DNA of 64,000 bases from Octopus bimaculoides (Eukaryota): positions 166,769,549 through 166,833,548 of the forward strand of contig NC_068981.1 in the NCBI RefSeq assembly GCF_001194135.2, written 5' to 3'. The translations under genes were made by a program, and so were the position numbers. Position 1 is the stretch's first letter. Every line of letters begins with the position of its first letter. The notes under the pieces were generated by a model. The model saw only the letters and a program-made list of their open reading frames with translations. It searched no databases and was not told the origin of the DNA. Shown piece by piece: positions 39,801 to 51,499 of the stretch.

Positions 39801-42800
39801 ATTTGCTTGAGCTATAAGAAACAGTGGAACTGTAAACAGATTAATATTTTCTTAGCTGCAGTACTAGGCTCAAATCTTTCCATGAATAAATTCAATATTA
39901 ACAGGCATTCTATTATGTGGACAGGGACATCTCTTAACTGTTTGGTATCTTAAAAATTGGGCCAAACACCAAAACAATCGATAATAGTGAAGAATAAAAG
40001 AGAAAAAAAAATCATCACTCTAGCTGGAATAAGTATTGTAAAAAGAAATACCTTGATCCTGAGTAACAAAATTGGTTGTTATCAGAGGAGGAACTTGACC
40101 ACGCACATTTGTTGTGAAAATACCACTTTTATTTTGTTTATCATCCTCAATTACTTGGATCTAAATAAACCATGATGAAAAAACAAAAACAATTATTAAA
40201 TTAGAATGGTACAGAAACTGATTTCAATTATAAATAATGTAAAATTAATCCCTTAATAAAAATATCACTTAATCACTTAATGAAAATAGTACATTATATA
40301 ATAAGATTCCTTATGAACTTACTGGACTGGGCATTTGGTCCGGATCCAATCTTCTCGGTTGCTGCGGTTGCATACCTGAATGGCTGCCAGTGTGGTAACC
40401 ACCAGAAGGCATTTGAGACGAAGATCCAGCATAGGGTCCAGAAGATGGGGGTGCAGAAAACTGAGGTGGTGGACCAATAGATTGAGGAGGAGCCACACCA
40501 TATGTACTCGAAGCTGCAGAGGAAGATGGAGGCGGCCCTTGTCCCATCATGTGAGGCTGGGGTGGTACTTGACCAAGAATTCCTGAATGTACAGGAGTGT
40601 TCATGCTTGGGGGAGCTGACCCATAGCCCTGGGATGGCTGCATATAGTTAGATTGAGAACCCATGTTAGGGCCAGAATTTGGGGCATATGAGTCCATTGG
40701 TACTTGACCAACTGGACGAGAACCAACACTGGATGTAGGGGGTGGGCCAACACTTGATTGTAGGGGTGGGCCAACATTGGGTGGGTGGAGAGGACCAGCA
40801 CTGGATGGAAAAGGCGGACCAATGCTGGATGGTGGTGAAGGACCAGCATTGATCTGTTGGTTTGGTCCAATGATGGATGAAGGTGGAGGGCAATAACTGG
40901 TTTGTTGAGGTGGTCCAACATTGGTTTGTTGGGGCGGTCCAACATTGGATGGTATGGGTGGACCAACATTAGTTTGTTGGGGTACACTCATGTTAGTTGG
41001 TGGAGGTGGTAAATTTCCAGTCTGGAAAAAAAAAAAGAGAAATAACAATAAATCACTTTAAAAGATAATAAAATAAATTCTGAAAAGCTCATAAATGTAT
41101 TAGGACAGTATTACAGGTACAGAAATGAACAAGTGCTAATGCATTGCTAACTGGTCAAGTCCATTGTAGAGCTGCATAGAATTTTCATGTGTGTGGTTAC
41201 AAAGTTCATTTCATAACCACATGGTTTCCAGTTTCATATTGCTGTATGGAACTTTGGACAAGTGTCTTCCTCTGCAACTTCAGGCTGATCAATAAAAAGT
41301 TAGAAGATTTGGTGCAAATGGGATATCAAATTCCAGCTGGCTATCTACTGCCTTCCCAGAGTAATTATTCATGAATATGTTAAGGACAGATCTATAACTC
41401 AGTGTATTTTCATATCTTCTTGGATCAGGTCGTTTTAAACATGATATTACAAACTACTAACCAGTATCTTAATAAACTGGACAGTAGAGAAGCCTCTATG
41501 TGATGACTTGACTTGCTAGAACCAGCAGCCAAGTCACATTATCCTACACTACTATCATACAAAAAGAAAAGGCATATTGGATAATGTACTTCTTTGTGTA
41601 CATAAAAAACTGGATGATCATAACTGGAATCCCTTTGATCATAGGTCTGCTCAAGCAGGGTCAACCATCACATAATAATGTCATGAGTCCAACTGAAACC
41701 AACACAATACAACTACCAAGGCACTCTTTCATCTCTATGCTTCTCTACTGCTACAACAATGTTCTCTGTTCCTCTGAACTAGCAATCTGCATGTCATTTC
41801 TGCCAGAGTCCATCTGATGTACTTGCTTTCCTTACTACCTTACTCCCTATTAGAGTTCCTGCAAATGAAGCACTTTACCAGTTACACCTAAGAATTGTAT
41901 CCCTCTAAAATCTCTCTCTTCCCACTTCCCTCCCATACAGAAATTTAAATTAAAGCTAATCAATACACACACACACATGCACATCAAAGGCCTCCATTGG
42001 TCAAGGTTGACCTTGCATCCATACATCTTTGCACAAGTCTAGCCAAATTTCTTTGTGAAGAAGACTGGTAGTTGCTTATGCATGTACTCTCTCCTTTCCA
42101 TACCACTTATGTTATTCAAGGAAAAGACTGCCATCTTGAACCAATACAGCTTGGTACAATGTTGGCACAGGTATTGCTATCAGAATGTAAAGAGCCCAAA
42201 CAGATACAACAAAGCACCTTTCCCACCTTCCATCAGTTCCACTAATCCATTGCTCTAGACTAGTACTGTTTTACTGACCCCAAAAAGATAAAAGGTAAAG
42301 TTGATCCTTGCAGAAATTGAAATTCAAAGTACAGGAGAATTGGAACAAATAGTATGAAGCTTTCTAGTTGATGCTCTAACAATTGCCAATTCACCATCCC
42401 AACTACATTGATCATTCCAGTCTGGAAGGGTTTGCTAATACCATGGCCACTTCTCCAAATAAAATTTCATTTAGGAAAAAACAAAACAAAAAGACACACT
42501 GCATCTCTGCAATGTGAAAAGTATAAAATGAAAGGAAGAAGAAAAAAAACATTATCTTTCAGCAAACCTGAGGATATCTTCCATCTTGATTTATAGACAT
42601 ACCAGCCATCTGAGGTGTGATCTGTAATAATTCAAATTAGAAGATTTTAAAACTTTAATTGCCAACATTCTGTTTAAATTAAGATTTCTTTTGGAAACAG
42701 AGAAAATCTTTAGTTTTAAAAATGTACTTTTAGGTAAATATTTTGCTTTCCAATAGAAAAAAACTCCCCAAAATTATAAGAATTCAAATTGTAAAAATAT

Positions 42801-43986
42801 CAAAACTTAAAGACTTAAGAAATAAATTTATTTTCAAAACATTAATGATTTTTTAAATATTGAATTTATAGAAAATACATAACTCTCTCATCAAAGGAGT
42901 AACAAACCAGAACATATTTACTGTTAGCAGGTATATTCTTATACCTTTAATTACAAATCACATTAAGTAATAAAATACTGTTTAAGAATTGTAAGTGATA
43001 CCTGGGACATTGGCGGAGCTTCTCTATATTGATTTTGCATCTGTACAGGCATGGTTCCAGCAACTTGATTAGGTGGTGCACCAGTTGGCCTGTTAGGGAA
43101 CTGTTGCATCATTGATGGTTGATGAAGGTTGCCAGTAGTAGGAGGAGGAGGAGGCATCTGTTGACTGGAGGAACCAGGCTGCCCACTAAATCCCATATGT
43201 GGTTGATTATTGTTGGATGGTACAGAAACCATTCTGAAAGGGATTAGGTTCCATTACATGTTGACAGTTAACAGGAAGAGGGTGTAAAAAAGAGGCAGGC
43301 TAATACTGTTTAAAAGTAAATTTTGAATTGCTTTAGAATTTCAGTTTTATTTTTATTCTTTAAAATTTTAGCACTTTCTAGATCTAACTTCTGTAGTTTC
43401 TTGATATCTTGGTTCATGTCGGTAAAATGCCTAAGATTTTTTAGTGGACATGAAATGACTGTCTCAAGGAAACTAAGACTTATAAGTGACAAAAGCCAGA
43501 ACTAGAAATCAAAACCTGGCCTCTACGTAAAACCAAGAGGAGCTTAACCTTTTACCCTATGATACATCAATCAACTATTTGACTTAAGTTGATAATTTTG
43601 AAGTCTGTTCCTTCTCACTCATACTTGTTCCAAATTTTCATTATAACAGAACAAACTTCTAGGTCACAGTGAAAGCTTATACAATTAAATTTTTATCAGG
43701 CCATTTAGCATAAACAAAAATACAACTTCTAAAACATTTCTATGCTTTATTCTTATTATATAACTTGTTCAAAGAAGACAATAGTTCTATTAGCATACTG
43801 CTATTCAATGAGAAGCGTAGGAGTGGCTGTGTGTTAAGTAGCTTGCTTACAAACCACATGGTTCCGGGTTCAGTCCCACTGCGTGGCACCTTGGGCAAGT
43901 GTCTTCTACTATAGCCTTGGGCCGACCAAAGCCTTGTGAGTGGATTTGGTAAACGGAAACTGAAAGAAGCCCGTTGTATATATGTA

Positions 43987-44043
<57 letters not shown>

Positions 44044-44744
44044 ATATGTTTGTGTGTCTGTGTTTGTCTCCCCAACATCGCTTGACAACTGATGGTGGTG
44101 TGTTTACGTCCCCTTAACTTAGTGGTTCGGCAAAAGAGACCAATAGAATAAGTACTAGGCTTACAAAGAATAAGTCCTGGGGTCGATTTGCTTGACTAAA
44201 GGCGATGCTCCAACATGGCCACAGTCAAATGATTGAAACAAGTAAAAGGGTAGACTAAAGAGCAGTTTCAGTTTAATTTCTACTGGAATTAAATTAACAA
44301 GGTAATTTTTTTTTCTTTTTTAGGTATCTTACTGATCATTATATTTTTCCCAACTCAAGCAACATACTTAAAAATCAAATGATTTGCAATTATGTTGAGT
44401 CACCAATAAAATAATACATGAAGCTTCACGATAGAGAAAAAAATGAACTAACCTAGAGCCATCTGTTGGATAGTTTCTGAAATTTGCATTATCTGTTTGG
44501 GGTCCATTTTGTGCATGGCCACTCATTTCATATTGACCAGGAGGCCCCATACCTTGCTTCATAGGTGGAAATCCTGTGGGTCCTAACAAAGACAATATAT
44601 AGTGAATTGTTAGAGATACAATATTATAATATTTTTTTTTTGTAAATACATTTTAACCACATACTAATGTTCACTTTACTGTAGACAAAGTTATCTTACT
44701 TATTATTAGGCTGAAATTTTTGCAAGTTAGTAGTTCAAAGAGAA

Positions 44745-44835
<91 letters not shown>

Positions 44836-44840
44836 TGTGT

Positions 44841-44887
<47 letters not shown>

Positions 44888-47213
44888 AGTGAGTGAGTGA
44901 GAGAGAGCTTTGTAAAGAGTTAGAACCTATCCCGAGCGAAACATTTTTTGAATGCATGAATAATGTTGGGTGCCAGTATTTGTAGGAACTATCATTTGTA
45001 GGAAATGTGATGTATTATTACTTATAAGAAGTGGCAAATGCAATGATATGGCTATATTTCATTTGGGAGATCTCAAATGAGAAGCAGAACTTATGTCTTA
45101 TGCTTATAAGTAATCTTAACCCCCTTATCAATGGGAATGGGTTAACTAAGGCCTCCTAACTGGAGCTCTACTTCCCTCAATGATCAGATGGTATACTTTG
45201 AAATATCATAATTCAACATTTGTTTTCCACACTGGCATGGAAAATAGACATTGAATAATAAATACATTTCCCAAATGTTAAAATTAAGGGATGTTTCTCC
45301 CATCTTATCTAACTAAAACTTGCCAAAGAAACAGACAACTTTTGGACTTCCACAATAATAAAATAACAACACAAATTTTGCTTTGCAAGCTAAAATAGTG
45401 CAAGTCATTTGTTCCTCTTCAAAATATGACTGAAGCAGAGCTTCAACTATTTCATAACTGGCTTACAGACAACGTTAGCAAAAGGATTAGAAGGGACAAT
45501 AGTAGGCATCCTCTACTGTATTGGCACAAGGAACACAATGTTTATCAATACTGAATGACTGAAGACAAGATAAACAACAATCACACAAGTGTGCAATGAA
45601 AACAACAAAATGATCTTACAATGCAGCATCTTTTGATTTGGAAATTTGCAGATGGTTTGAAAAAATTTCAATGAGGATGAAATATCATGTGATTGCAAGG
45701 TAGAAACCATCACTAAACCTTTTAAAAATTCAGTGTAATAGATGCAAGGATCAAATCATTGATCTGTTAATTTAAATTAATATTTTGTTGAATAACTTTT
45801 CCATAAGTTAATATTATAACCCCACATATACTATATCACTAGCTTCAAAATAGACAAATAGCTGATGGTAGTTAAGTTAGCATTAACATATCTAATGCAT
45901 AGTGCATTAGAAAACAAAGAGAAAAAAACAACAACATTAGTCAACAATTAAGACTGTTTACATTTTTCTAGCAAACATGAGGTACTATATTGAACATATT
46001 TTGGTTTTCTCATGTTCTCACCAGCAGAGCAAAGCCTTAATTATACTTGCTGATGTACTGATAACAACTAGTAAATGTACAAGATTTTACAGTGATAGAA
46101 ATTAGAATTATTTAAGGGTTAAATAACTCAGAAATATGTTCATCACTAAGGAACGGCATTGGATGGCACAGCCCTCTCACTATTCGATGGTGCACCCTCA
46201 GATTTACAATGATACACTTATTTCGAAATTCCACTTTAGCATTATTACAAATTAGTGCCCACCCAGAATATAATGAAGGATGCCCAGGCCCCAAAGTCTA
46301 GCAACAGATCTGCTCAGAAATACCATCTACAAGAAAATATTCCCTTAAGTTTAATATTCATGACAAGCAAAAACATTTTCATTCTATTTTGCATTTAATA
46401 CAAATGTTTACTTTCTTTTTGCCATGCAGTTGAGATCACTTCACAACGACGTGACTCCAGATTTGACGCCACAATACTTAGTCTACGGTCAATCCCATCC
46501 ATGTGAATGAAATAGGGTAAATGGAAACTTTGTGGAAGCCTGCAGGACACACAGTACCAGCTCTAGAGTCCTAGCCTTAATTTGTCGCCTGGTTTAATAA
46601 CATCACACATCATTTGGTGCCTTTAGCAAAGTTCATTCTGTTCCAAGTATCTTCAGTTAGATATTCTTTTTCCTACGTTCCTCTTATAAATCATGAATGC
46701 TCTGGAAAAAAAGTCAAGGGTATTTGATCTCTTTTGACTAAGCCATAAAAAGGTAATATTTACAAAAGAGACTGTGGATTTCATAGGTGACAATCCAGTT
46801 TCTCTACCTTGAAAGCTAAAACAAGTCCACTTTTACTCACAGTTTTAGTGAAATAAGTTTTCTATTGTTCAGATTTCTCCAAACGCTAATCTGTGAGAAA
46901 AATTCTCACAAACATTCAAGGTTACACAACTATTTCTCATGTTTAATTTAGAACAAAGAGCACATTCTTTATATCAATATCATTTTAGAAAACCACTTTT
47001 AAAACATTCATTTAAAATATAAGCAGATACAGGATAAAAGAAAAGTTTATAGAAGTTACCTCTTATGCCAGGTGGTCGTTGTACCATATTTGGCCCATTA
47101 TACATGTTCTGTCCAGGCAAATGAGGTCGTGAAGGAGTTGCTGCTGATACCTGGATCCCACCTCCATGTGGAGTTACACCAGGGCCAAACCCACTATGAT
47201 ACTGAGGGTGCAT
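11969..47213 (-). CDS. SEC24C: Protein transport protein Sec24C/D-like (COPII coat), 22 coding exons, 1176 aa: join(47060-47213, 44453-44582, 43002-43233, 40323-41021, 40052-40160, 37253-37380, 36102-36240, 35360-35475, 34854-34981, 34113-34191, 33715-33827, 32732-32942, 30672-30842, 29504-29600, 28788-28933, 26937-27075, 26617-26811, 24094-24197, 21013-21118, 16509-16612, 14443-14532, 11969-12109), all minus strand
   Basis: Manual splicing gives 3531 nt in one frame; all introns are GT-AG and phases match. Architecture: P/Q/G-rich N-terminus, zinc finger (RCKRCKSY...FQCVFCN), trunk/vWA ([12 protein letters not shown]), beta-sandwich, helical domain ([16 protein letters not shown], the LIL motif of the Sec24C/D subfamily), gelsolin-like domain, C-terminus [17 protein letters not shown]. 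Peptides recognised from memory of human SEC24C. C vs D cannot be separated; invertebrates typically have one C/D co-orthologue. Confidence 0.95.
12590..13280 (+). mobile_element. Cluster of RTE-tail (GAT-tailed) SINE copies: ~12595-12722, ~12965-13118, ~13140-13280
   Basis: ggaagggcatccagctgtagaaactctgccaaatcag...catggaaagcggacgttaaacgatgatgatg; first and third copies are near-identical. Confidence 0.85.
12812..12872. repeat. 19-bp tandem repeat x3 (caagtactgaagaatgacc)
   Basis: Direct reading. Confidence 0.9.
13480..13845 (+). mobile_element. tRNA-derived SINE, composite copy
   Basis: gggttcagtcccagtgcatggtattttgggcaagtgtcttct head; GAT-type tail. Confidence 0.75.
14023..14432 (+). mobile_element. 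tRNA-derived SINE, near full length
   Basis: catggctgtgtggtaaga...gggttcagtcccact (B-box-like)...atgactgaaacaagataaaag tail. Confidence 0.85.
14443..14532 (-). CDS. SEC24C: SEC24C exon 21 ([15 protein letters not shown]...QMK)
   Basis: Conserved LDNPLS..R; GT-AG, phase 0. Confidence 0.94.
16509..16612 (-). CDS. SEC24C: SEC24C exon 20, gelsolin-like ([11 protein letters not shown]...IDIDK)
   Basis: Conserved ENG...LW.G. Confidence 0.94.
16719..17488 (-). mobile_element. (TA)n-associated repeat with terminal direct repeats (16719-16820 vs 17351-17488); possibly Penelope-like
   Basis: gggtacaggacatca...gacaaacttgggtatgcaa...gaaacaaatggaaaacaagacaagta occurs twice, each time next to (TA)n. Confidence 0.6.
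18419..19170 (+). mobile_element. R4/Dong-like non-LTR retrotransposon relic (RT fragment plus restriction-like endonuclease tail), internally deleted
   Basis: [29 protein letters not shown]....KIHRGI; then KWYEYEPE....[42 protein letters not shown]; preceded by (ATA)n at 18401-18414. Confidence 0.75.
19478..19527. repeat. (ATT)n microsatellite
   Basis: Direct reading. Confidence 0.95.
21013..21118 (-). CDS. SEC24C: SEC24C exon 19 (HHIDES...[19 protein letters not shown])
   Basis: Conserved P.AVR.S.ERL...IY.L; phase 0 to 1. Confidence 0.93.
24094..24197 (-). CDS. SEC24C: SEC24C exon 18 ([10 protein letters not shown]...[12 protein letters not shown])
   Basis: Conserved TDDR.Y and [12 protein letters not shown]; not in the ORF track. 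Confidence 0.96.
25150..25700 (-). mobile_element. RTE-like LINE C-terminal RT fragment of a second family
   Basis: Minus strand: [52 protein letters not shown], with stops. Confidence 0.75.
26617..26811 (-). CDS. SEC24C: SEC24C exon 17 (helical domain, [24 protein letters not shown])
   Basis: Near-identical to the Sec24C motif including LIL. Confidence 0.97.
26937..27075 (-). CDS. SEC24C: SEC24C exon 16 (VAILYTS...[13 protein letters not shown]...MAKQ)
   Basis: Conserved [17 protein letters not shown]. Confidence 0.97.
28490..28740 (+). mobile_element. RTE-tail SINE with (GAT)n tail
   Basis: aaagcacctagcacacactgtgaagtggttggcattaggaagggcatccagc...gatgatgatg. Confidence 0.85.
28788..28933 (-). 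CDS. SEC24C: SEC24C exon 15 ([12 protein letters not shown]...KHDDKL...YVQ)
   Basis: Conserved DFFG.FYM.N.TDVEL and KHDD.L. Confidence 0.96.
29504..29600 (-). CDS. SEC24C: SEC24C exon 14 (AEQDGERF...[12 protein letters not shown])
   Basis: Conserved FDA..RVRTSTG. Confidence 0.96.
30672..30842 (-). CDS. SEC24C: SEC24C exon 13 (TLLTPQ...[17 protein letters not shown]...YKYSYFQ)
   Basis: Conserved [13 protein letters not shown]. Confidence 0.97.
32732..32942 (-). CDS. SEC24C: SEC24C exon 12 (LLSQIPQMF...[18 protein letters not shown])
   Basis: Conserved [20 protein letters not shown]. Confidence 0.97.
33715..33827 (-). CDS. SEC24C: SEC24C exon 11 ([13 protein letters not shown]...PLLDGFLV...VIDS)
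   Basis: Conserved LAQPQM.VVSD. Confidence 0.96.
34113..34191 (-). CDS. SEC24C: SEC24C exon 10 ([26 protein letters not shown])
   Basis: Conserved IRVGF.TY...HFYNVK. Confidence 0.95.
34854..34981 (-). CDS. SEC24C: SEC24C exon 9 ([19 protein letters not shown]...NLPR)
   Basis: Trunk-domain PAFIF.IDVSYN. Confidence 0.96.
35360..35475 (-). CDS. SEC24C: SEC24C exon 8 ([17 protein letters not shown]...[13 protein letters not shown])
   Basis: Conserved HLDHTG.R.D and GSYEF.AT.DYC; GT-AG. Confidence 0.96.
36102..36240 (-). CDS. SEC24C: SEC24C exon 7, zinc finger ([12 protein letters not shown]...[11 protein letters not shown])
   Basis: CxxC...CxxC Sec23/24 zinc finger. Confidence 0.97.
36600..36985 (-). 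mobile_element. tRNA-derived SINE, near full length
   Basis: Reverse complement of the 43819-44230 type; internal (TA)n. Confidence 0.85.
37253..37380 (-). CDS. SEC24C: SEC24C exon 6 ([20 protein letters not shown]...KEE)
   Basis: Conserved PR(F/Y)IR.T.YN.PCT; GT-AG, phase 1 to 0. Confidence 0.95.
37965..38440 (+). mobile_element. tRNA-derived SINE, composite copy
   Basis: ggcacaggcatggttatgtggctaagaag...ggttcagtcc...ttgggcaagt. Confidence 0.75.
40052..40160 (-). CDS. SEC24C: SEC24C exon 5 (IQVIEDD...[17 protein letters not shown])
   Basis: Matches conserved IQVIEDD/GQVPPLVTT; not in the ORF track, found by reading the reverse strand. Confidence 0.95.
40323..41021 (-). CDS. SEC24C: SEC24C exon 4, 699-nt Pro-rich exon ending [11 protein letters not shown]
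   Basis: 245-aa ORF; conserved RLDPD..PSP motif; ttccag acceptor, CCA|GTAAGT donor. Confidence 0.93.
43002..43233 (-). CDS. SEC24C: SEC24C exon 3 ([10 protein letters not shown]...EAPPMSQ)
   Basis: tttcag acceptor, CAG|GTATCA donor, phase 2 to 0. Confidence 0.85.
43819..44235 (+). mobile_element. tRNA-derived SINE, well-preserved copy
   Basis: ggagtggctgtgtgttaagtagcttgcttacaaaccacatggttccgggttcagtcccactgcgtggcaccttgggcaagtgtc...; tail aatgattgaaacaagtaaaag. Confidence 0.9.
44453..44582 (-). CDS. SEC24C: SEC24C exon 2 ([10 protein letters not shown]...YPTDGSR)
   Basis: ttgttag acceptor, AG|GTTAGT donor, phase 1 to 2 fits neighbours. Confidence 0.8.
44745..44905. repeat. Compound (GA)n(GT)n microsatellite in intron 1
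   Basis: Direct reading. Confidence 0.95.
47060..47213 (-). CDS. SEC24C: SEC24C exon 1 (coding part; exon starts at acceptor 47229), [10 protein letters not shown]...RPPGIR
   Basis: Acceptor ttttag at 47230-47231, ATG at 47213, donor G|GTAAC ending phase 1. P/G/Q-rich composition matches later exons. Confidence 0.75.
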
Positions 47214-47429
47214 TGTTGGTGAATAAAATCTAAAACACAAAGAAAATCAAATCATAAGATGACTCATAGTAAATATGATCAATGTGATGACACTTTAAGT
47301 ATGGTTGAAGTACTTTTATTTCAAGAATCTACTTATTTCAAAAACATATGAAAAGAGAGTAAAGAGAAAAGGAAAAAATGCTTAATTCTAAATGTATAAT
47401 TTGTAGACTTCAAACAAAAAGTACTTGAA

Positions 47430-47860
47430 AAACATAGTTTGCCACGTAAAAGTATCCCTCACACTCTGTAAAGTGGTTGGCATTAGGAAGGGCATCCAGC
47501 GATAGAAACCATGCCAAATCAGGAGTCTCGTGCAGTCCCCCACCCCTTGCCAGCTTTGGTCACCCTGTCCAACCCACACCAGCTTGGACAATGGACGCTA
47601 AGTGATGATGATGATATTCCATGAATTCTCTCTCTTTTTTTTATCTTTTTAGTTGTTTCAGTCATTAGACTGCAGCCATGCTGGGGCACAGCCTTGAAGG
47701 ATTTTTAGCCGAATGAATTGACCCCAGTACTTATATCTTTTAAAGCCTGATACATATTCTATCGATCTTTTTTGCTGAACCATTAAGTTACAGGGACATA
47801 AACACACCAACACTGGTTGTCAAGTGTGTGTGTGTGGGGGGGGGGGCAAACACAGACAAT
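47430..47860. mobile_element. RTE-tail SINE (+, ~47430-47615) next to a tRNA-SINE 3' half (-, ~47650-47860)
   Basis: Same motifs as the other copies. Confidence 0.75.
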
Positions 47861-49092
47861 TCATTAATAAATTACAAAGAAGAATACAGAAGAAAAACCA
47901 TAACCTGTTTTAGCCATATTTTCATTTTCCACGGAACACAAGATAATGTTCAGGTCATGTTAAAATACCCAATACAAAAAAATCAATGATGATAATGATA
48001 CTTAAAATTAACAAAACAAAATTCTGATGCTACGGTCTTAAAATTAGAATGGAATTTTTACTGCATACAATGCAATATCTTAGAGTAAGTTCTTTTCAAA
48101 TGAATGAGTAAATGAATAAAATTTATTTCAGTTCAACATGGTCTCTTAAATGTACACTGGCTGGTAGGTAGCACATTGAAGACCACATGTTAGAATTCAA
48201 TATGGATCTAAACATGAAAACTGATGAGACTGATTCTTAAAAGAAAGGAGTGAAAATCACAAAACAACAGTAGCTTTACTGAATAAATATTAAGCTTATA
48301 CTTAAAATCAATTGGAGAATAAAAGATAGAAAACGTATCTCCAATATTTTCAGTATGAAAAGGACATTCAGTTCAAGTAGATATTAGATACATTTAAGGT
48401 TAAGATACAAGGTAAATAATTAGAAAATACCAACTAAAAATTTTGGCTGTTATCAGATAAGTAAAATAATAATTAGGTGCTCCCTCTTATATTCTCTTAT
48501 CAGAAAGTATGAACAGTCATTTCTACAACCCATCGGTACATACAAAGAATTATGTACAGCAAAATCATTTAAGAGTTGCTTGATATCCATTTTAACTATT
48601 TTGAGATATGCCTTAAACAAATATTTTGAAATTCGTTAACACATGGTTAATTTATTTGCCTAGACATTATCTGATGGCTGAACTTAATGAAAATTTATCA
48701 AAATCTGTCTATTTTATCCCAGTTTTGACTTGTCTAAGGGATTTTACATTTGTCCTGAATAACAAACATTCAAAAATATGCTTGAAGCAGACTTCTACAA
48801 GCAGTATGTTATTTAACTGTTTTCTTTAGAGAAAAATTATAAATTCAGTATATATAGAAGCTTATTAGTCTTATCCAAACAGTCTGCACCATTTTACAAA
48901 AGTGTACTCTTTTAACACATACACACACACGTCTTACTTTTGAGTTTAGATCCTATGCCATTTATAAGTGCTTTCCCACTTATCACTATTTTCAACACAC
49001 CTCATTTATCCTTTACCCTGTCTCCATGTATGTTTACTCTATCACTAATTTATTAGATACAATATTTGATCCATTAGAGGTGTGGATAGACA

Positions 49093-49520
49093 CAGGCATG
49101 GGTGTGTGGCTGAGAAGCCTATTTACTAAACATGTGGTTTCAAGTTCAGTCTCGCTGCATGACAACCTGGGCAAGTGTCTTCTACTATAGCATTGGGCCG
49201 ACCAAACCCTTGTGAATGGATTTGATAAACAGAAACTGAAAAAAGCCTGTTGTGTTGTATTGTGTGTGTGCATGAGTATGTATATACCTAATTTCTACAT
49301 CATGTGATGGTGGTAAATGAGCATCACTGTCATAAAAGTGGGGCTGCTTCCTTCCAGTCTTCCATGAAAAACATGTCAAGCTATGGGAAAATGTTACCTT
49401 GCTTGGAAACAGAAGAGGGTTGTGACAAGAAGGGCATCTAGTTGTAGAAAATCAGCTTCAACAAATTCCATGTGACTCACGCAAGCATGGAAAAGTAGAC
49501 TTAAATAATGATGATCATAC
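49093..49520 (+). mobile_element. tRNA-derived SINE, composite copy
   Basis: caggcatgggtgtgtggctgagaagcc...ctgggcaagtgtcttctactatagc. Confidence 0.75.
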
Positions 49521-49530
49521 ATACACATGT

Positions 49531-49570
<40 letters not shown>

Positions 49571-50394
49571 TACACGCACACACACAGATCACCAGCCACT
49601 TTACATAGGATACTGAATGAATTTTATCATTGCACCAGCACTAAATATCCTTGAAAGACTAAAGGAAACTGGCAATGCTATGCCATCACCATGAGTTTGC
49701 TGACCACTTTAAAGGAGCCTACTGGGTACATTTTACCATGACAGTGGCACTAGTGAAATTGCTTTATGTCCTCTGAGTCCTCACTACTCTATGACGTGTT
49801 TGTTCACTCATGAAATAGACCAAGGTTTATAGTATTGAGATTAGCGATATAAAAAGAACCACGATGGATGGGTGGAGGTAATGAGAGAATGATGACAGGA
49901 ACAGGAACAGGATAATGGGAGCAAGAGGGTCATAGATGGGAAGAGCGTGCTATTCTTAGTTATCCCAGCAAACAGCAGAAGGTGATAGAAAGTGAGAGGA
50001 GTGATGGAGATTGACAAGGTACCAAAAGCTAAGGGAAGTATCATATGTTAACACAGTAGCAACTATCTGTATCAAGAACCAAATATTGATTCTGCCAACT
50101 TTCCATCATTGCTACTACTTTCTAATGTTTATAACTTTCATTTGGTCATGTTTGCACAAGTGAAGTGATCTTGTTTAGCACTGCATGTCACCAATCATCT
50201 TGTCACCATCATAGAAGCAGGAGTCTTCATTGATGATCTTATGTGAAAATATGTCTGACCAAAGGGAAATATTACTTTGCTTGGAAGTAGATGAGAGTGG
50301 TGACAGAAGGGGTATCTGGTCAAAAATCTGCCTCAATAAATTCTTTAGGATCCCTGTAAGCAAGTGTACATACATACATATGTACACAAGACAC

Positions 50395-50678
50395 AGCTAT
50401 AGCTGTGTAGTTAAGAAGTTCAATTTCCAAGCATGTGGCTTCAAGTTTGGTCCCATGTCTACTACAACAACCTTGTGTCAGCTAATGCCTTGAGAATGAA
50501 TTTACTAGACAGAAAATGTACAAAATTCATATATATATATTGTATGGCAAGAAGTTTGCCTCCCACTCATATGGTTCAGCCCCAGAGTATGGTACCTTGG
50601 GCAAGTGTCTTCTACTATAGCCTTCGGCTAATCAAAGCCTTGCGACTAGATTTGGTAGACAGAAACTGAAAGAAGCCA

Positions 50679-50711
<33 letters not shown>

Positions 50712-50900
50712 TTTGTCTGCTACTCCAGCTTGACAACTGGTGTTGGTGTGTCTACATCCCCATAACTTAGTAATTCAGCAAAAGAGACTGATAAATTATG
50801 CATCAAGCTTAAAAAATAAATAAGCATTGGGGTTGATTCGTCCAACTAAAATTCTTGAAGGTGGTGCCCTAGCATGGCTGCAGTCTACTCACTAAAACAA
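50395..50900 (+). mobile_element. tRNA-derived SINE with duplicated head
   Basis: Two head-like segments (~50395, ~50540), then the cataacttag...gcatggctgcagtct tail. Confidence 0.7.
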
Positions 50901-51181
50901 GTAAAAAAATATATGTGCCTGTATGTATCTGCGAGCATCTGGATGAGTTTTCATATTTGCACAACTTAAAAAATAAATAGATAAATAAAGATGCCAAGCC
51001 ACAAATGTTAAGTATGTCTCTAAGATCATATCTTTCAAGGTTGTTTACTATTTTACTAACATATCTAAATAATTCAGAAGTAAAATGAAAAACTGAAACA
51101 GAAACATCAATATGATGAAACAGTTTGTGTTTACAAATGCTACAAACATCAGTTTGTGTGTGTGTATATATATTATTTGTA

Positions 51182-51272
51182 NNNNNNNNNNNNNNNNNNN
51201 NNNNNNNNNNNNNNNNNNNNNNNNNNNNNNNNNNNNNNNNNNNNNNNNNNNNNNNNNNNNNNNNNNNNNNNN
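51182..51272. other. Assembly gap (91 N)
   Basis: N run. Confidence 1.
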
Positions 51273-51499
51273 TATACATACTACTACTACTACTACAAAA
51301 ACACATATGTCTCAGAATCTCAGTAAACTGCTATAATAGGTAACAGCACAAAGGCATTCTTACTGTGACCTTACTGTGACCAGCCTATCTCATATAATTT
51401 ATTTAATCATTTCTGTTAGGTGTTACTACAGAAGAATAAATGCTCAAGTGAGGAATTTAAAGAACCACTTGGATTTTTTTATTCCACATTCTTTTATTC

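Noticed and set aside
40280-40987. Overlapping alternative-frame and antisense ORFs over exon 4
   Set aside because: Shadow ORFs of a GC-richer, repetitive Pro-rich coding exon.
43819-43890. tRNA-like A/B-box sequence
   Set aside because: It is the head of a SINE repeated many times in the window and gives no cloverleaf; not called as a tRNA gene.
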